From the NCBI RefSeq assembly GCF_988242995.1, contig NZ_OZ547043.1: DNA of 64,000 nt; one strand, 5' to 3'. The first letter of the stretch is position 1. Every line of letters begins with the position of its first letter. The notes beneath the pieces are model-generated. The model saw only the letters and a program-made list of their open reading frames with translations, was not told where the DNA came from and made no database searches. Positions 26,887-45,406 of the stretch are shown here, in pieces. The position numbers and the translations under genes were made by a program.

Positions 26887-27220
26887 AAACGCATTTGCAA
26901 CTGTCGGCGCTTTTCCAGTATGTTGCTAAAGATTTTATGAAAAACGGCCTGCGGGCCGTTTTGTTTTGTCTGGATTTTGCGCTTTTTGCCCAGCATTCAG
27001 ACGAAAATCGCCCGGGAATTGTGAAAAAATACGCGACAGCGCGCAATAACCGTTCTCGACTCATAAAAGTGATGCCGCTATAATGCCGCGTCCTATTTGA
27101 ATGCTTTCGGGATGATTCTGGTAACAGGGAATGTGATTGATTATAAGAACATCCCGGTTCCGCGAAGCCAACAACCTGTGCTTGCGGGGTAAGAGTTGAC
27201 CGAGCACTGTGATTTTTTGA

Positions 27221-28528
<1,308 letters not shown>

Positions 28529-28562
28529 TTTACGCAGCATAACGCGCTAAATTCGCACAAAG

Positions 28563-28595
28563 GCCCGTCACCGCCAGGTGGTGGGCTTTTTTTTT
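28563..28595 (+). terminator. Rho-independent terminator after tig
   Basis: Hairpin gcccgtcacc-gcca-ggtggtgggc followed by a 9-T run. Confidence 0.7.
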
Positions 28596-28774
28596 GTCAT
28601 GAATTTTGCATGGAACCGTGCGAAAAGCCTCTTTCGGTGTTAGCGTAACAACAAAAGATTGTTATGCTTGAAATATGGTGATGCCGTACCCATAACACAG
28701 GGACTAGCTGATAATCCGTCCATAAGGTTACAATCGGTACAGCAGGTTTTTTCAATTTTATCCAGGAGACGGAA

Positions 28775-29398
28775 ATGTCATACAGCGGCGAACGAGATAA
28801 CTTTGCACCCCATATGGCGCTGGTGCCGATGGTCATTGAACAGACCTCACGTGGTGAGCGCTCTTTTGATATCTATTCTCGTCTACTTAAGGAACGCGTC
28901 ATTTTTCTGACTGGCCAGGTTGAAGACCATATGGCTAACCTGATTGTGGCGCAGATGCTGTTCCTGGAAGCAGAAAACCCAGAAAAAGATATCTATCTGT
29001 ACATTAACTCCCCAGGCGGGGTGATCACTGCCGGGATGTCTATCTATGACACCATGCAGTTTATCAAGCCTGATGTCAGCACCATCTGTATGGGCCAGGC
29101 GGCTTCGATGGGCGCTTTCTTGCTGACTGCAGGGGCAAAAGGTAAACGTTTCTGCCTGCCGAATTCGCGCGTGATGATTCACCAGCCGTTGGGCGGCTAC
29201 CAGGGCCAGGCGACCGATATCGAAATTCATGCCCGTGAAATTCTGAAAGTTAAAGGGCGCATGAATGAACTTATGGCGCTTCATACGGGTCAATCATTAG
29301 AACAGATTGAACGTGATACCGAGCGCGATCGCTTCCTTTCCGCCCCTGAAGCGGTGGAATACGGTCTGGTCGATTCGATTCTGACCCATCGTAATTGA
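28775..29398 (+). CDS. clpP: ATP-dependent Clp protease proteolytic subunit
   Basis: 207-aa ORF with the catalytic Ser context ([11 protein letters not shown]). Confidence 0.97.
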   Translation: MSYSGERDNFAPHMALVPMVIEQTSRGERSFDIYSRLLKERVIFLTGQVEDHMANLIVAQMLFLEAENPEKDIYLYINSPGGVITAGMSIYDTMQFIKPDVSTICMGQAASMGAFLLTAGAKGKRFCLPNSRVMIHQPLGGYQGQATDIEIHAREILKVKGRMNELMALHTGQSLEQIERDTERDRFLSAPEAVEYGLVDSILTHRN

Positions 29399-29523
29399 TG
29401 CCAGAGGCGCAACTGTGCCGCTATACTTATCCAGGGCGGCACAACGCTGTAAGCGGCTTGCGCCTGAGAATGGCATTTGCGTCGTCGTGTGCGGCACAAA
29501 GAACAAAGAAGAGGTTTTGACCC

Positions 29524-30798
29524 ATGACAGATAAACGCAAAGATGGCTCAGGCAAATTGCTGTATTGCTCTTTTTGCGGCAAAAGCCAGCATGAAGTGCG
29601 CAAGCTGATTGCCGGTCCATCCGTGTATATCTGCGACGAATGTGTTGATTTATGTAACGACATCATTCGCGAAGAGATTAAAGAAGTTGCACCGCATCGT
29701 GAACGCAGTGCGCTACCGACGCCGCATGAAATTCGTAACCACCTGGACGACTACGTTATCGGCCAGGAACAGGCGAAAAAAGTGCTGGCGGTCGCGGTAT
29801 ACAACCACTACAAACGTCTGCGCAACGGCGATACCAGCAATGGTGTCGAGTTGGGCAAAAGTAACATTCTGCTGATCGGTCCGACCGGTTCCGGTAAAAC
29901 GCTGCTGGCCGAAACGCTGGCGCGCCTGCTGGACGTCCCGTTCACCATGGCCGACGCAACCACGCTGACCGAAGCCGGTTATGTGGGCGAAGACGTTGAA
30001 AACATCATTCAGAAGCTGTTGCAAAAGTGCGATTACGACGTACAGAAAGCGCAGCGCGGGATTGTCTACATCGATGAAATCGACAAGATTTCTCGTAAGT
30101 CAGACAACCCGTCCATTACCCGAGACGTTTCCGGTGAAGGCGTACAGCAGGCACTGTTGAAACTGATTGAAGGTACGGTTGCCGCCGTTCCACCGCAGGG
30201 CGGGCGTAAACACCCGCAGCAAGAGTTCTTGCAGGTAGATACCTCTAAGATCCTGTTTATTTGTGGTGGTGCGTTCGCTGGTCTGGATAAAGTCATTTCC
30301 CATCGTGTAGAAACCGGCTCCGGCATTGGTTTTGGCGCGACGGTAAAAGCGAAATCTGACAAAGCAAGTGAAGGCGAGCTGCTGGCGCAGGTTGAACCGG
30401 AAGATCTGATCAAGTTTGGTCTGATCCCTGAGTTCATTGGTCGTCTGCCGGTTGTAGCAACGTTGAATGAACTGAGCGAAGAAGCTCTGATTCAGATCCT
30501 CAAAGAGCCGAAAAACGCCCTGACCAAGCAGTATCAGGCGCTGTTTAATCTGGAAGGCGTGGATCTGGAATTCCGTGACGAGGCGCTGGATGCTATCGCT
30601 AAGAAAGCGATGGCGCGTAAAACCGGTGCCCGTGGCCTGCGTTCCATCGTAGAAGCCGCACTGCTCGATACCATGTACGATCTGCCGTCCATGGAAGATG
30701 TCGAAAAAGTGGTTATCGACGAATCGGTAATTGATGGTCAAAGCAAGCCGTTGCTGATTTATGGCAAGCCGGAAGCGCAACAGGCATCTGGTGAATAA
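29524..30798 (+). CDS. clpX: ATP-dependent Clp protease ATP-binding subunit ClpX
   Basis: 424-aa ORF; N-terminal zinc-binding domain ([11 protein letters not shown]...CDEC) and Walker A GPTGSGKT. Confidence 0.97.
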
Positions 30799-30874
30799 TT
30801 AACCATTCCCATACAATTAGTTAACCAAAAAGGGGGGATTTTATCTCCCCTTTAATTTTTCCTCTATTCTCGGC

Positions 30875-30902
30875 GTTGAATGTGGGGGAAACATCCCCAT
30901 AT
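30875..30902 (+). promoter_or_regulatory. Sigma-32 (heat-shock) type promoter upstream of lon
   Basis: gttgaa (-35-like, cf. CTTGAA) - 14 nt - ccccatat (-10, cf. CCCCATNT), about 85 nt upstream of the lon ATG. Confidence 0.6.
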
Positions 30903-30985
30903 ACTGACGTACATGTTAATAGATGGCGTGAAGCACAGTCGTGTCATCTGATTACCTGGCGGAAATTAAACTAAGAGAGAGCTCT

Positions 30986-33340
30986 ATGAATCCTGAGCGT
31001 TCTGAACGCATTGAAATCCCCGTATTGCCGCTGCGCGATGTGGTGGTTTATCCGCACATGGTCATCCCCTTATTTGTCGGGCGGGAAAAATCTATCCGTT
31101 GTCTGGAAGCGGCGATGGACCATGATAAAAAAATTATGCTGGTCGCGCAGAAAGAAGCTTCAACGGATGAGCCGGGTGTAAACGATCTTTTCACCGTCGG
31201 GACCGTGGCCTCTATATTGCAGATGCTGAAACTGCCTGACGGCACCGTCAAAGTGCTGGTCGAGGGGTTACAGCGCGCGCGTATTTCTGCGCTCTCTGAC
31301 AATGGCGAACACTTTTCTGCGAAGGCGGAGTATCTGGAGTCGCCAACCATTGATGAGCGGGAACAGGAAGTGCTGGTGCGTACTGCAATCAGCCAGTTCG
31401 AAGGCTACATCAAGCTGAACAAAAAAATCCCACCAGAAGTGCTGACGTCGCTGAATAGCATCGACGACCCGGCGCGTCTGGCGGATACCATTGCTGCACA
31501 TATGCCGCTGAAACTGGCTGACAAACAGTCCGTTCTGGAGATGTCCGACGTTAACGAACGTCTGGAATATCTGATGGCAATGATGGAATCGGAAATCGAT
31601 CTGCTGCAGGTTGAGAAACGCATTCGCAACCGCGTTAAAAAGCAGATGGAGAAATCCCAGCGTGAGTACTATCTGAACGAGCAAATGAAAGCTATTCAGA
31701 AAGAACTCGGTGAAATGGACGACGCGCCGGACGAAAACGAAGCCCTGAAGCGCAAAATCGACGCGGCGAAAATGCCGAAAGAGGCAAAAGAGAAAGCGGA
31801 AGCAGAGTTGCAGAAGCTGAAAATGATGTCTCCGATGTCGGCAGAAGCGACCGTAGTGCGTGGTTATATCGACTGGATGGTACAGGTGCCGTGGAATGCG
31901 CGTAGCAAGGTCAAAAAAGACCTGCGTCAGGCGCAGGAAATCCTTGATACCGACCATTATGGTCTGGAGCGCGTGAAAGATCGTATCCTTGAGTATCTTG
32001 CGGTTCAAAGCCGTGTCAACAAAATCAAAGGACCGATCCTCTGCCTGGTAGGGCCGCCGGGGGTAGGTAAAACCTCTCTTGGTCAGTCCATCGCCAAAGC
32101 CACCGGGCGTAAATATGTCCGTATGGCGCTGGGCGGCGTGCGTGATGAAGCGGAAATCCGTGGTCACCGCCGTACGTACATCGGTTCTATGCCGGGTAAA
32201 CTGATCCAGAAAATGGCGAAAGTGGGCGTGAAAAACCCGCTGTTCCTGCTTGATGAGATCGACAAAATGTCTTCTGACATGCGTGGCGATCCGGCCTCCG
32301 CACTGCTTGAAGTGCTGGATCCAGAGCAGAACGTAGCGTTCAGCGACCACTACCTGGAAGTGGATTACGATCTCAGCGACGTGATGTTTGTCGCGACGTC
32401 GAACTCCATGAACATTCCGGCACCGCTGCTGGATCGTATGGAAGTGATTCGCCTCTCCGGTTATACCGAAGATGAAAAACTGAACATCGCCAAACGTCAC
32501 CTGCTGCCGAAGCAGATTGAACGTAATGCACTGAAAAAAGGTGAGCTGACCGTCGACGATAGCGCCATTATCGGCATTATTCGTTATTACACCCGTGAGG
32601 CGGGCGTGCGTGGTCTGGAGCGTGAAATCTCCAAACTGTGTCGCAAAGCGGTTAAGCAGTTACTGCTCGATAAGTCATTAAAACATATCGAAATTAACGG
32701 TGATAACCTGCATGACTACCTCGGTGTTCAGCGTTTCGACTATGGACGCGCTGATAACGAAAACCGTGTCGGTCAGGTAACCGGTCTGGCGTGGACGGAA
32801 GTGGGCGGTGACTTGCTGACCATTGAAACCGCGTGCGTTCCGGGGAAAGGCAAACTGACCTATACCGGATCGCTTGGCGAAGTGATGCAGGAGTCCATTC
32901 AGGCGGCGTTAACGGTGGTTCGTGCGCGTGCGGAAAAACTGGGGATCAACCCTGATTTTTACGAAAAACGCGACATCCACGTCCACGTACCGGAAGGTGC
33001 GACGCCGAAAGATGGTCCGAGTGCCGGTATTGCTATGTGCACCGCGCTGGTTTCTTGCCTGACCGGTAACCCGGTTCGTGCCGATGTGGCAATGACCGGT
33101 GAGATCACTCTGCGTGGTCAGGTACTGCCGATCGGTGGTTTGAAAGAAAAACTACTGGCAGCGCATCGCGGCGGGATTAAAACAGTGCTAATTCCGTTCG
33201 AAAATAAACGCGATCTGGAAGAGATTCCTGACAACGTAATTGCCGATCTGGACATTCATCCTGTGAAGCGCATTGAGGAAGTTCTGACTCTGGCGCTGCA
33301 AAATGAACCGTCTGGCATGCAGGTTGTGACTGCAAAATAG
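30986..33340 (+). CDS. lon: ATP-dependent protease Lon
   Basis: ORF 30941-33340; start at [21 protein letters not shown] (784 aa); Walker [10 protein letters not shown]; catalytic Ser context PKDGPSAG. Confidence 0.97.
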   Translation: MNPERSERIEIPVLPLRDVVVYPHMVIPLFVGREKSIRCLEAAMDHDKKIMLVAQKEASTDEPGVNDLFTVGTVASILQMLKLPDGTVKVLVEGLQRARISALSDNGEHFSAKAEYLESPTIDEREQEVLVRTAISQFEGYIKLNKKIPPEVLTSLNSIDDPARLADTIAAHMPLKLADKQSVLEMSDVNERLEYLMAMMESEIDLLQVEKRIRNRVKKQMEKSQREYYLNEQMKAIQKELGEMDDAPDENEALKRKIDAAKMPKEAKEKAEAELQKLKMMSPMSAEATVVRGYIDWMVQVPWNARSKVKKDLRQAQEILDTDHYGLERVKDRILEYLAVQSRVNKIKGPILCLVGPPGVGKTSLGQSIAKATGRKYVRMALGGVRDEAEIRGHRRTYIGSMPGKLIQKMAKVGVKNPLFLLDEIDKMSSDMRGDPASALLEVLDPEQNVAFSDHYLEVDYDLSDVMFVATSNSMNIPAPLLDRMEVIRLSGYTEDEKLNIAKRHLLPKQIERNALKKGELTVDDSAIIGIIRYYTREAGVRGLEREISKLCRKAVKQLLLDKSLKHIEINGDNLHDYLGVQRFDYGRADNENRVGQVTGLAWTEVGGDLLTIETACVPGKGKLTYTGSLGEVMQESIQAALTVVRARAEKLGINPDFYEKRDIHVHVPEGATPKDGPSAGIAMCTALVSCLTGNPVRADVAMTGEITLRGQVLPIGGLKEKLLAAHRGGIKTVLIPFENKRDLEEIPDNVIADLDIHPVKRIEEVLTLALQNEPSGMQVVTAK

Positions 33341-33372
33341 TGACCTCGCGCAAAATGCACTAATAAAAACAG

Positions 33373-33408
33373 GGCTGGCAGGCTAATTCGGGCTTGCCAG
33401 CCTTTTTT
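33373..33408 (+). terminator. Rho-independent terminator after lon
   Basis: 11-bp stem ggctggcaggc/gcttgccagcc followed by tttttt. Confidence 0.7.
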
Positions 33409-33547
33409 GTCTCGCTAAGTTAGATGGCGGATCGGGCTTGCCCTTATTAAGGGGTGTTGTAAGGGGATGGCTGGCCTGATATAACTGCTGCGCGTTCGTA
33501 CCTTGAAGGATTCAAGTGCGATATAAATTATAAAGAGGAAGAGAAGA

Positions 33548-33820
33548 GTGAATAAATCTCAATTGATCGACAAGATTGCTGCAGGGGCTGATATCTCTAA
33601 AGCTGCGGCTGGCCGTGCGTTAGATGCTATTATTGCTTCCGTAACTGAATCTCTGAAAGAAGGGGATGATGTAGCACTGGTAGGTTTTGGTACTTTTGCC
33701 GTTAAAGAGCGTGCTGCCCGTACTGGCCGCAACCCGCAGACCGGTAAAGAGATCACCATCGCTGCCGCTAAAGTACCGAGCTTCCGTGCAGGTAAAGCAC
33801 TGAAAGACGCGGTAAACTAA
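33548..33820 (+). CDS. hupB: DNA-binding protein HU-beta
   Basis: 90-aa ORF, GTG start ([27 protein letters not shown]...). Confidence 0.96.
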
Positions 33821-33855
33821 GCGTTGTCCCCAGTGGGGATGTGACGAAGTTCAAG

Positions 33856-33881
33856 GGCGCATCTACTGATGTGCCTTTTTT
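33856..33881 (+). terminator. Rho-independent terminator after hupB
   Basis: ggcgcatc-tact-gatgtgcc stem-loop followed by tttttt. Confidence 0.65.
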
Positions 33882-34595
33882 GTGCACAGAAAACCCCCAG
33901 CTAGGCTGGGGGTTCCGGAAAGCTTTCAGCTTTGAGCCAGTTATTAAAACCCCTTTTGATTTGTTAAAACACCTTGCGGTCTGGCAACTGCAAGTGTCAA
34001 ACAAGAAATCAAAAGGGGGTCCCAATGGGGAACGAAAAGAGCTTAGCGCACACCCGATGGAACTGTAAATATCACATAGTTTTTGCGCCAAAATACCGAA
34101 GACAGGTGTTCTACAGAGAGAAGCGTAGAGCAATAGGCAGTATTTTGAGAAAGCTGTGTGAGTGGAAAAGCGTACGGATTCTGGAAGCTGAATGCTGTGC
34201 AGATCATATCCATATGCTTGTGGAGATCCCGCCCAAAATGAGCGTATCCGGGTTTATGGGATATCTGAAAGGGAAAAGCAGTCTGATGCTTTACGAGCAG
34301 TTTGGTGATTTGAAATTCAAATACAGGAACAGGGAGTTCTGGTGCAGAGGGTACTACGTCGATACAGTGGGTAAGAACACGGCGAAGATACAGGATTACA
34401 TAAAGCACCAGCTTGAAGAGGATAAAATGGGAGAGCAGTTATCGATTCCCTATCCGGGCAGCCCGTTTACGGGCCGTAAGTAACGAAGTTGGATGCAAAT
34501 GTCAGATCGTGTGCGCCTGTTAGGGCGCGGCTGGTAAGAGAGCCTTATAGGCGCATTTGAAAAACCTCCGGCTATGCCGGAGGATATTTATTTAT
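33882..34595 (+). mobile_element. IS200-like insertion sequence (IS200/IS605 family), ~0.71 kb; ends approximate (+/- ~20 bp)
   Basis: Single Y1/HUH transposase gene flanked by subterminal perfect hairpins (left cccccagc-tag-gctggggg at 33894-33912; right cctccggc-tat-gccggagg at 34565-34583); the hupB-ppiD spacer is ~0.9 kb here, much longer than I recall for K-12. Confidence 0.85.
34025..34483 (+). CDS. tnpA: IS200 transposase TnpA (Y1 HUH-type)
   Basis: ORF 33974-34483; start at MGNEKSLAHTRWNCKYHIVFAPKYRR (152 aa); HUH motif (ADHIHMLVEIPP) and C-terminal catalytic-Tyr region (GYYVDTVG). Confidence 0.9.
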   Translation: MGNEKSLAHTRWNCKYHIVFAPKYRRQVFYREKRRAIGSILRKLCEWKSVRILEAECCADHIHMLVEIPPKMSVSGFMGYLKGKSSLMLYEQFGDLKFKYRNREFWCRGYYVDTVGKNTAKIQDYIKHQLEEDKMGEQLSIPYPGSPFTGRK

Positions 34596-34723
34596 TTGTA
34601 TTCGGTGACTTTCTGCGTCTTGTGGGCTGACAATTGCCCCCGTTTCTTGTCACAATAGGCCTTTGCGCGCATCGATACGTTGCGTGAGGTACACAGTCAT
34701 CTACAGCGGAGTGTTGTTACACC

Positions 34724-36603
<1,880 letters not shown>

Positions 36604-36605
36604 GC

Positions 36606-36689
<84 letters not shown>

Positions 36690-36709
36690 CCTGTTTTCAC
36701 TGCCGTTAA

Positions 36710-37169
<460 letters not shown>

Positions 37170-37210
37170 TGGCCTCTGTACTTATAACAACAACGTAAGG
37201 TTATTGCGCT

Positions 37211-37609
37211 ATGCAAACACAAATCAAAGTTCGTGGATATCATCTCGATGTTTACCAGCACGTTAACAACGCTCGCTACCTTGAGTTTCTCGAAGAAGCC
37301 CGCTGGGATGGGTTGGAAAATAGCGACAGTTTTCAGTGGATGACGGCCCATAACATCGCCTTCGTCGTGGTCAATATCAATATTAACTATCGTCGCCCGG
37401 CGGTATTAAGCGACCTGTTAACCATTACCAGTCAGTTGCAGCAATTAAACGGTAAAAGCGGCATCTTAAGCCAGGCCATTACACTGGAGCCGGAAGGGCA
37501 GGTGGTAGCGGATGCGCTTATTACGTTTGTTTGTATTGATCTTAAAACGCAGAAAGCATTAGCTCTGGAAGGGGAATTGCGCGAAAAGCTGGAGCAGATG
37601 GTTAAGTAA
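37211..37609 (+). CDS. fadM: Long-chain acyl-CoA thioesterase III (hot-dog fold)
   Basis: 132-aa ORF (MQTQIKVRGYHLDVYQHVNNARYLEF...). Confidence 0.9.
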   Translation: MQTQIKVRGYHLDVYQHVNNARYLEFLEEARWDGLENSDSFQWMTAHNIAFVVVNININYRRPAVLSDLLTITSQLQQLNGKSGILSQAITLEPEGQVVADALITFVCIDLKTQKALALEGELREKLEQMVK

Positions 37610-37621
37610 ACGTTTTGTGGT

Positions 37622-37646
37622 GCCGGATGCTCAAGCCGCATCCGGC
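37622..37646. repeat. REP-type palindromic unit between fadM and queC
   Basis: gccggatgctcaagccgcatccggc. Confidence 0.6.
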
Positions 37647-37660
37647 GACACCCGGAATAA

Positions 37661-38356
37661 TTACTTCAACCCGGTTTTCTGCTTCATCGCTGCCATCACC
37701 GTCGGTTTATCGGCCAGATAATGATTCAAACCGTTGGCGCGTAAATTACACGCCGCACAATGACCGCAACCGTCGCCTTTAATGCCGTTATAGCAGGTCA
37801 ACGTTTCGTTACGGACTAAATCTAGTTTGCCGTAATAATCTGCCAGCGCCCAGGTTTCCGCTTTATCAATCCACATCAGCGGAGTTTCAAAACGAATATC
37901 TTTCGCCATGCCTAAACTGACGGCATGGTTTAGTGCTTTCACAAACTCATCGCGGCAATCCGGGTAACCGGAGAAATCCGTTTCGCAGACGCCGGTAATT
38001 ACGGCTTCTGCTTTTACCTGATACGCATATATTGCCGCCAGTGTCAGGAACAAAATATTACGCCCTGGGACAAACGTATTCGGGATGCCATCAGCTTCAG
38101 GTTCATAATCAGGCACCGGAATGCTGTCACGTGTCAGGCTGCTGACCGCCAGCTCGTTAAGCAGCGTTACATCAAGAACCTTATGCGCGCGTGCCCCCAG
38201 TTTCAGCGCCAGTTCGCGTGCCACGTCGATTTCTGCGCGATGCCGCTGACCGTAATCGAACGTCACGCAATGGACTTCATCATATTGTTGTAATGCCTGC
38301 ACCAGACAGGTGGTGGAATCCTGGCCTCCACTGAACACAACGACAGCACGTTTCAT
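37661..38356 (-). CDS. queC: 7-cyano-7-deazaguanine synthase QueC
   Basis: 231-aa ORF with PP-loop ([10 protein letters not shown]) and C-terminal Cys cluster (CGHCAAC). Confidence 0.93.
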   Translation of the reverse strand: MKRAVVVFSGGQDSTTCLVQALQQYDEVHCVTFDYGQRHRAEIDVARELALKLGARAHKVLDVTLLNELAVSSLTRDSIPVPDYEPEADGIPNTFVPGRNILFLTLAAIYAYQVKAEAVITGVCETDFSGYPDCRDEFVKALNHAVSLGMAKDIRFETPLMWIDKAETWALADYYGKLDLVRNETLTCYNGIKGDGCGHCAACNLRANGLNHYLADKPTVMAAMKQKTGLK

Positions 38357-38420
38357 AGATAATCCTGCTTGAACAATAAAAGCGTTATGGTAACGCCTGC
38401 GATTAACCCGGACCAGCTAT

Positions 38421-40121
38421 TCATTGCGACGGCGCGGGAAGCCAGGCTTCGGTAAATTCAAACCAGCCGCGCGGTGTCAGTCGCACACCGTTCACGCCGG
38501 GAGGGGCACTAATGCGATAGTGATAGTTGAATAGCGGCGTCAGCGTCGCGTCTGCCATTAACTGGCTAAAAACCGCTTTTAGGGCATTAAATCGGTTTTC
38601 CTCATCAGGCATTACTTGCACCGCGTCCAGTGTCGATTGCAAATGTGCATATGCTGGAGCGTCGAAAACATGTGGCCATAGTGGATCGCAACGCAGCCAT
38701 TGCTCCAGGGTATATTCCGGTGCTTCGCCAATTAATCTGTCGCCCATCATGAGGTCTGCGTGTGCCAGTAGGGTCGTGTCGTCCCAGTTTTTTGCGTTAT
38801 GAAAAATAATTGTGAGTTCACAGCCTTCCGCTGCCAGTGTCGCCTGTAGACGTTCTGCCATGGTATGAAGTTCTATCGGTAGGTGATAAACCAGTGTCAA
38901 GGTTTTCGGTAGTTTGACCTCATCCGGTACTTGCCATTGCGGAATAGTCCAGCCTGGCAGTAATGCATGACTGGCGGTGATCAGGTTTTCTCCGACTTCT
39001 AACGTTTGTAATAAACCGGATTGATGAATAATGGAGATCACTTTTCGCGCCTGCCAGAGGGACAGTCGGGGACTTTTGCGCAACGTTAAATAGCAAAAAC
39101 CTAAACTGATGCCACTACTGACCTGGCTGACCCGTTGCAGCTCCTCCGGTTTGCCGATGGTGATTTGCACGGGATGCCGACAACTGGTTCCCAAATCTTT
39201 TTCGAAAAGCGGCGGAGTTATCCAGTACTCAACCGCTTTAAGCAGCGGATGACGTAAATGGTAATAATCATGACTCTCCAGGCGCACCAGTTCCGCTGTG
39301 AATTGTGTTAAGCGAAAAGGACCCGTGCCGATCAGGGGGAATTGCGGATGCGCCAGATGGCTGCAATAGCTCGCCAGCCGGTGCGCAAGCCAGTAATCGG
39401 GGCGATGTAAAAAGAAGGTCAGACACTGCGGATGGGTGACTTCAATACGCTTCACGCTAATAAATAATTGATCCAGTGCTGGCAGTTGTAACAGCATCAA
39501 TAATCGCTGGTGTAAGTGTGAGGCTTTTACTGCATCGCCGTTATGCCAGTGTAGGGTTGAACGAAGATAAAAGTCCCAGCGTAACCCGTCAGTAGAGGTT
39601 TCCCAGTGATGCGCTAAATCGCCAATCGGGCGCTGGGTATTATTATCGAAGCGGGTCAGGCCGGAAAATATCTGCCCGGCGAGATGCTGCTCGGCACGGC
39701 CGGGCAAAAAGCCCGGTTGTAGCGGTTCGAGCGGGCGATAGTAGGGAATACGCAACGTGGGTGTATCGTTTTGCCATTGTCCACCCATAAACGGCTGTAA
39801 CAGAGTGCGCAGCTCACCTGGGGCCAGTTGCGCCAGCTCCAGCACATCTTGCTGCTTTCCGGTTTCCAGCGCCTGTTCCATCATCGCATTGCGTAGCGAT
39901 TCTGGCGTGACCAGAAAGCGTAGTTGCCCGCGCTTTCCGCGTCCTGACTGCGCCTGCCACTCCAGCCATCCCGCCTCCTGTGCCTGGCGTAACAGCGTAC
40001 GAACATGGCGTTCGCTGCAAAAACAGCGTTCGGCCAGTTCGCTGACGGTGACGGTTTGCGGCTTTCCGGCGGAAGGTTGCCACAGACGTTGATACTGGTT
40101 AAGACGGTTGAGCAGTCGCAT
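38421..40121 (-). CDS. ybaE: Solute-binding-protein-like protein YbaE
   Basis: ORF 38421-40136; start taken at MRLLNRLNQYQRLWQ (566 aa). Confidence 0.85.
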   Translation of the reverse strand: MRLLNRLNQYQRLWQPSAGKPQTVTVSELAERCFCSERHVRTLLRQAQEAGWLEWQAQSGRGKRGQLRFLVTPESLRNAMMEQALETGKQQDVLELAQLAPGELRTLLQPFMGGQWQNDTPTLRIPYYRPLEPLQPGFLPGRAEQHLAGQIFSGLTRFDNNTQRPIGDLAHHWETSTDGLRWDFYLRSTLHWHNGDAVKASHLHQRLLMLLQLPALDQLFISVKRIEVTHPQCLTFFLHRPDYWLAHRLASYCSHLAHPQFPLIGTGPFRLTQFTAELVRLESHDYYHLRHPLLKAVEYWITPPLFEKDLGTSCRHPVQITIGKPEELQRVSQVSSGISLGFCYLTLRKSPRLSLWQARKVISIIHQSGLLQTLEVGENLITASHALLPGWTIPQWQVPDEVKLPKTLTLVYHLPIELHTMAERLQATLAAEGCELTIIFHNAKNWDDTTLLAHADLMMGDRLIGEAPEYTLEQWLRCDPLWPHVFDAPAYAHLQSTLDAVQVMPDEENRFNALKAVFSQLMADATLTPLFNYHYRISAPPGVNGVRLTPRGWFEFTEAWLPAPSQ

Positions 40122-40220
40122 ATAAACCCGGAACAATATTATTTAACTATTCACTATTACTTCCGTATATATCAGGTGATACTCAATCACCATTAACCGT
40201 GTCACAGAGTGGAGAAAGAA

Positions 40221-41039
40221 ATGGCTCGTCTGGCAGCATTTGATATGGATGGCACTTTATTGATGCCTGACCATCATTTAGGTGAGAAAACCCTCTCTAC
40301 TTTGGCGCGACTGCGTGAACGCGACATTACCCTCACTTTTGCCACGGGGCGTCATGCGCTGGAGATGCAGCATATTCTCGGGGCGCTATCGCTGGATGCA
40401 TATTTGATTACCGGCAACGGAACGCGCGTGCATTCTCTGGAAGGTGAACTTTTACATCGTGATGATTTACCTGCGGATGTCGCGGAGCTGGTGCTGTATC
40501 AGCAATGGGATACCCGAGCCAGCATGCATATCTTCAATGACGACGGTTGGTTTACCGGGAAAGAGATCCCTGCGTTGTTGCAGGCATTTGTCTATAGCGG
40601 TTTTCGTTATCAGATAATCGATCTCAAAAAAATGCCACTCGGCAGCGTCACCAAGATCTGCTTCTGTGGCGATCACGACGATCTTACACGCTTGCAGATC
40701 CAGCTACACGAAGCATTAGGCGAGCGTGCACATTTATGTTTTTCCGCCACGGATTGCCTCGAAGTGCTGCCGGTGGGCTGCAATAAAGGCGCAGCATTGA
40801 CGGTGCTGACCCAACATTTAGGTTTATCGTTGCGCGATTGCATGGCCTTTGGTGATGCGATGAACGATCGCGAAATGTTAGGCAGCGTCGGTAGCGGATT
40901 TATTATGGGCAATGCGATGCCGCAACTGCGCGCGGAGCTCCCGCATTTACCGGTGATTGGACATTGCCGAAATCAGGCTGTCTCTCACTATTTGACGCAC
41001 TGGCTGGACTATCCACATCTACCTTATTCCCCCGAATAA
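40221..41039 (+). CDS. cof: HAD-family HMP-PP phosphatase Cof
   Basis: ORF 40209-41039; start at [14 protein letters not shown] (HAD motif I DMDGT), 272 aa. Confidence 0.9.
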   Translation: MARLAAFDMDGTLLMPDHHLGEKTLSTLARLRERDITLTFATGRHALEMQHILGALSLDAYLITGNGTRVHSLEGELLHRDDLPADVAELVLYQQWDTRASMHIFNDDGWFTGKEIPALLQAFVYSGFRYQIIDLKKMPLGSVTKICFCGDHDDLTRLQIQLHEALGERAHLCFSATDCLEVLPVGCNKGAALTVLTQHLGLSLRDCMAFGDAMNDREMLGSVGSGFIMGNAMPQLRAELPHLPVIGHCRNQAVSHYLTHWLDYPHLPYSPE

Positions 41040-41191
41040 CGAGATCCCTTCCAGCACCGGGCAATTGCCCGGTTTTTTTTGCGTTGAATTTGTCATTTTG
41101 TGCCGTGGTGTTTAAACCGCACAGAATAAATTGTCGCGATTTCACCTTTAAAATAGAATTAAAAGAGAAAAAAATTCTCCGTGGAAGGGCT

Positions 41192-41650
41192 ATGTTAGAT
41201 AAAATTGACCGTAAGCTGCTGGCCTTACTACAGCAGGATTGCACCCTCTCTTTGCAGGCACTGGCTGAAGCCGTTAATCTGACAACTACCCCCTGCTGGA
41301 AGCGTCTGAAACGGCTGGAGGACGACGGTATTCTTATCGGCAAAGTCGCCCTGCTGGATCCGCAAAAAATAGGCCTCGGCCTGACCGCCTTTGTGCTGAT
41401 AAAAACGCAACATCACAGCAGCGAATGGTATTGCCGCTTTGTCACGGTGGTTACCGAAATGCCAGAAGTGCTGGGGTTCTGGCGCATGGCTGGTGAATAC
41501 GATTATCTGATGCGCGTCCAGGTTGCCGACATGAAACGCTACGACGAGTTTTATAAGCGTCTGGTAAACAGCGTGCCGGGGCTGTCGGACGTCACTTCCA
41601 GCTTCGCGATGGAACAGATTAAATACACCACTTCTTTACCCATCGAATAA
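41192..41650 (+). CDS. decR: Lrp/AsnC-family transcriptional regulator DecR (YbaO)
   Basis: ORF 40964-41650; start at [22 protein letters not shown] (152 aa); HTH plus RAM domain. Confidence 0.9.
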   Translation: MLDKIDRKLLALLQQDCTLSLQALAEAVNLTTTPCWKRLKRLEDDGILIGKVALLDPQKIGLGLTAFVLIKTQHHSSEWYCRFVTVVTEMPEVLGFWRMAGEYDYLMRVQVADMKRYDEFYKRLVNSVPGLSDVTSSFAMEQIKYTTSLPIE

Positions 41651-41679
41651 ATATCCAGAATCAGGTCAGGACACAACGC

Positions 41680-45226
<3,547 letters not shown>

Positions 45227-45338
45227 ATAGCGCAATATTTCATCGTTGGTGCAAAAATGTAACGCACTGTGCACTGTCATAGTGCGTTTTCATTTTCAAT
45301 CTTCTTAACTTCCTGCTCTCTTTCTCGTTTTTCATTTC

Positions 45339-45354
45339 TGGCACACCGCTTGCA
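45339..45354 (+). promoter_or_regulatory. Sigma-54 (-24/-12) promoter of glnK-amtB
   Basis: TGGCAC-accgc-TTGCA, exact match to the sigma-54 consensus TGGCAC-N5-TTGCA, ~55 nt upstream of glnK. Confidence 0.8.
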
Positions 45355-45406
45355 ATACCTTCTTCGTGTAGCAGAACCATTACCGAATTCTGACCGGAGG
45401 GGATCT

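Noticed and set aside
30100-30780. 226-aa minus-strand ORF
   Set aside because: Antisense to clpX; shadow ORF.
30799-30985. Possible small RNA in the clpX-lon intergenic region (a bidirectional hairpin aggggggattttatctcccct with flanking T/A runs is present)
   Set aside because: I vaguely recall an sRNA reported near here in K-12 but cannot reconstruct its sequence or ends; the hairpin is adequately explained as the clpX terminator. Not reported as a feature.
31268-32500. 410-aa minus-strand ORF
   Set aside because: Antisense to lon; lon is the real gene (Walker A, catalytic Ser). Shadow ORF.
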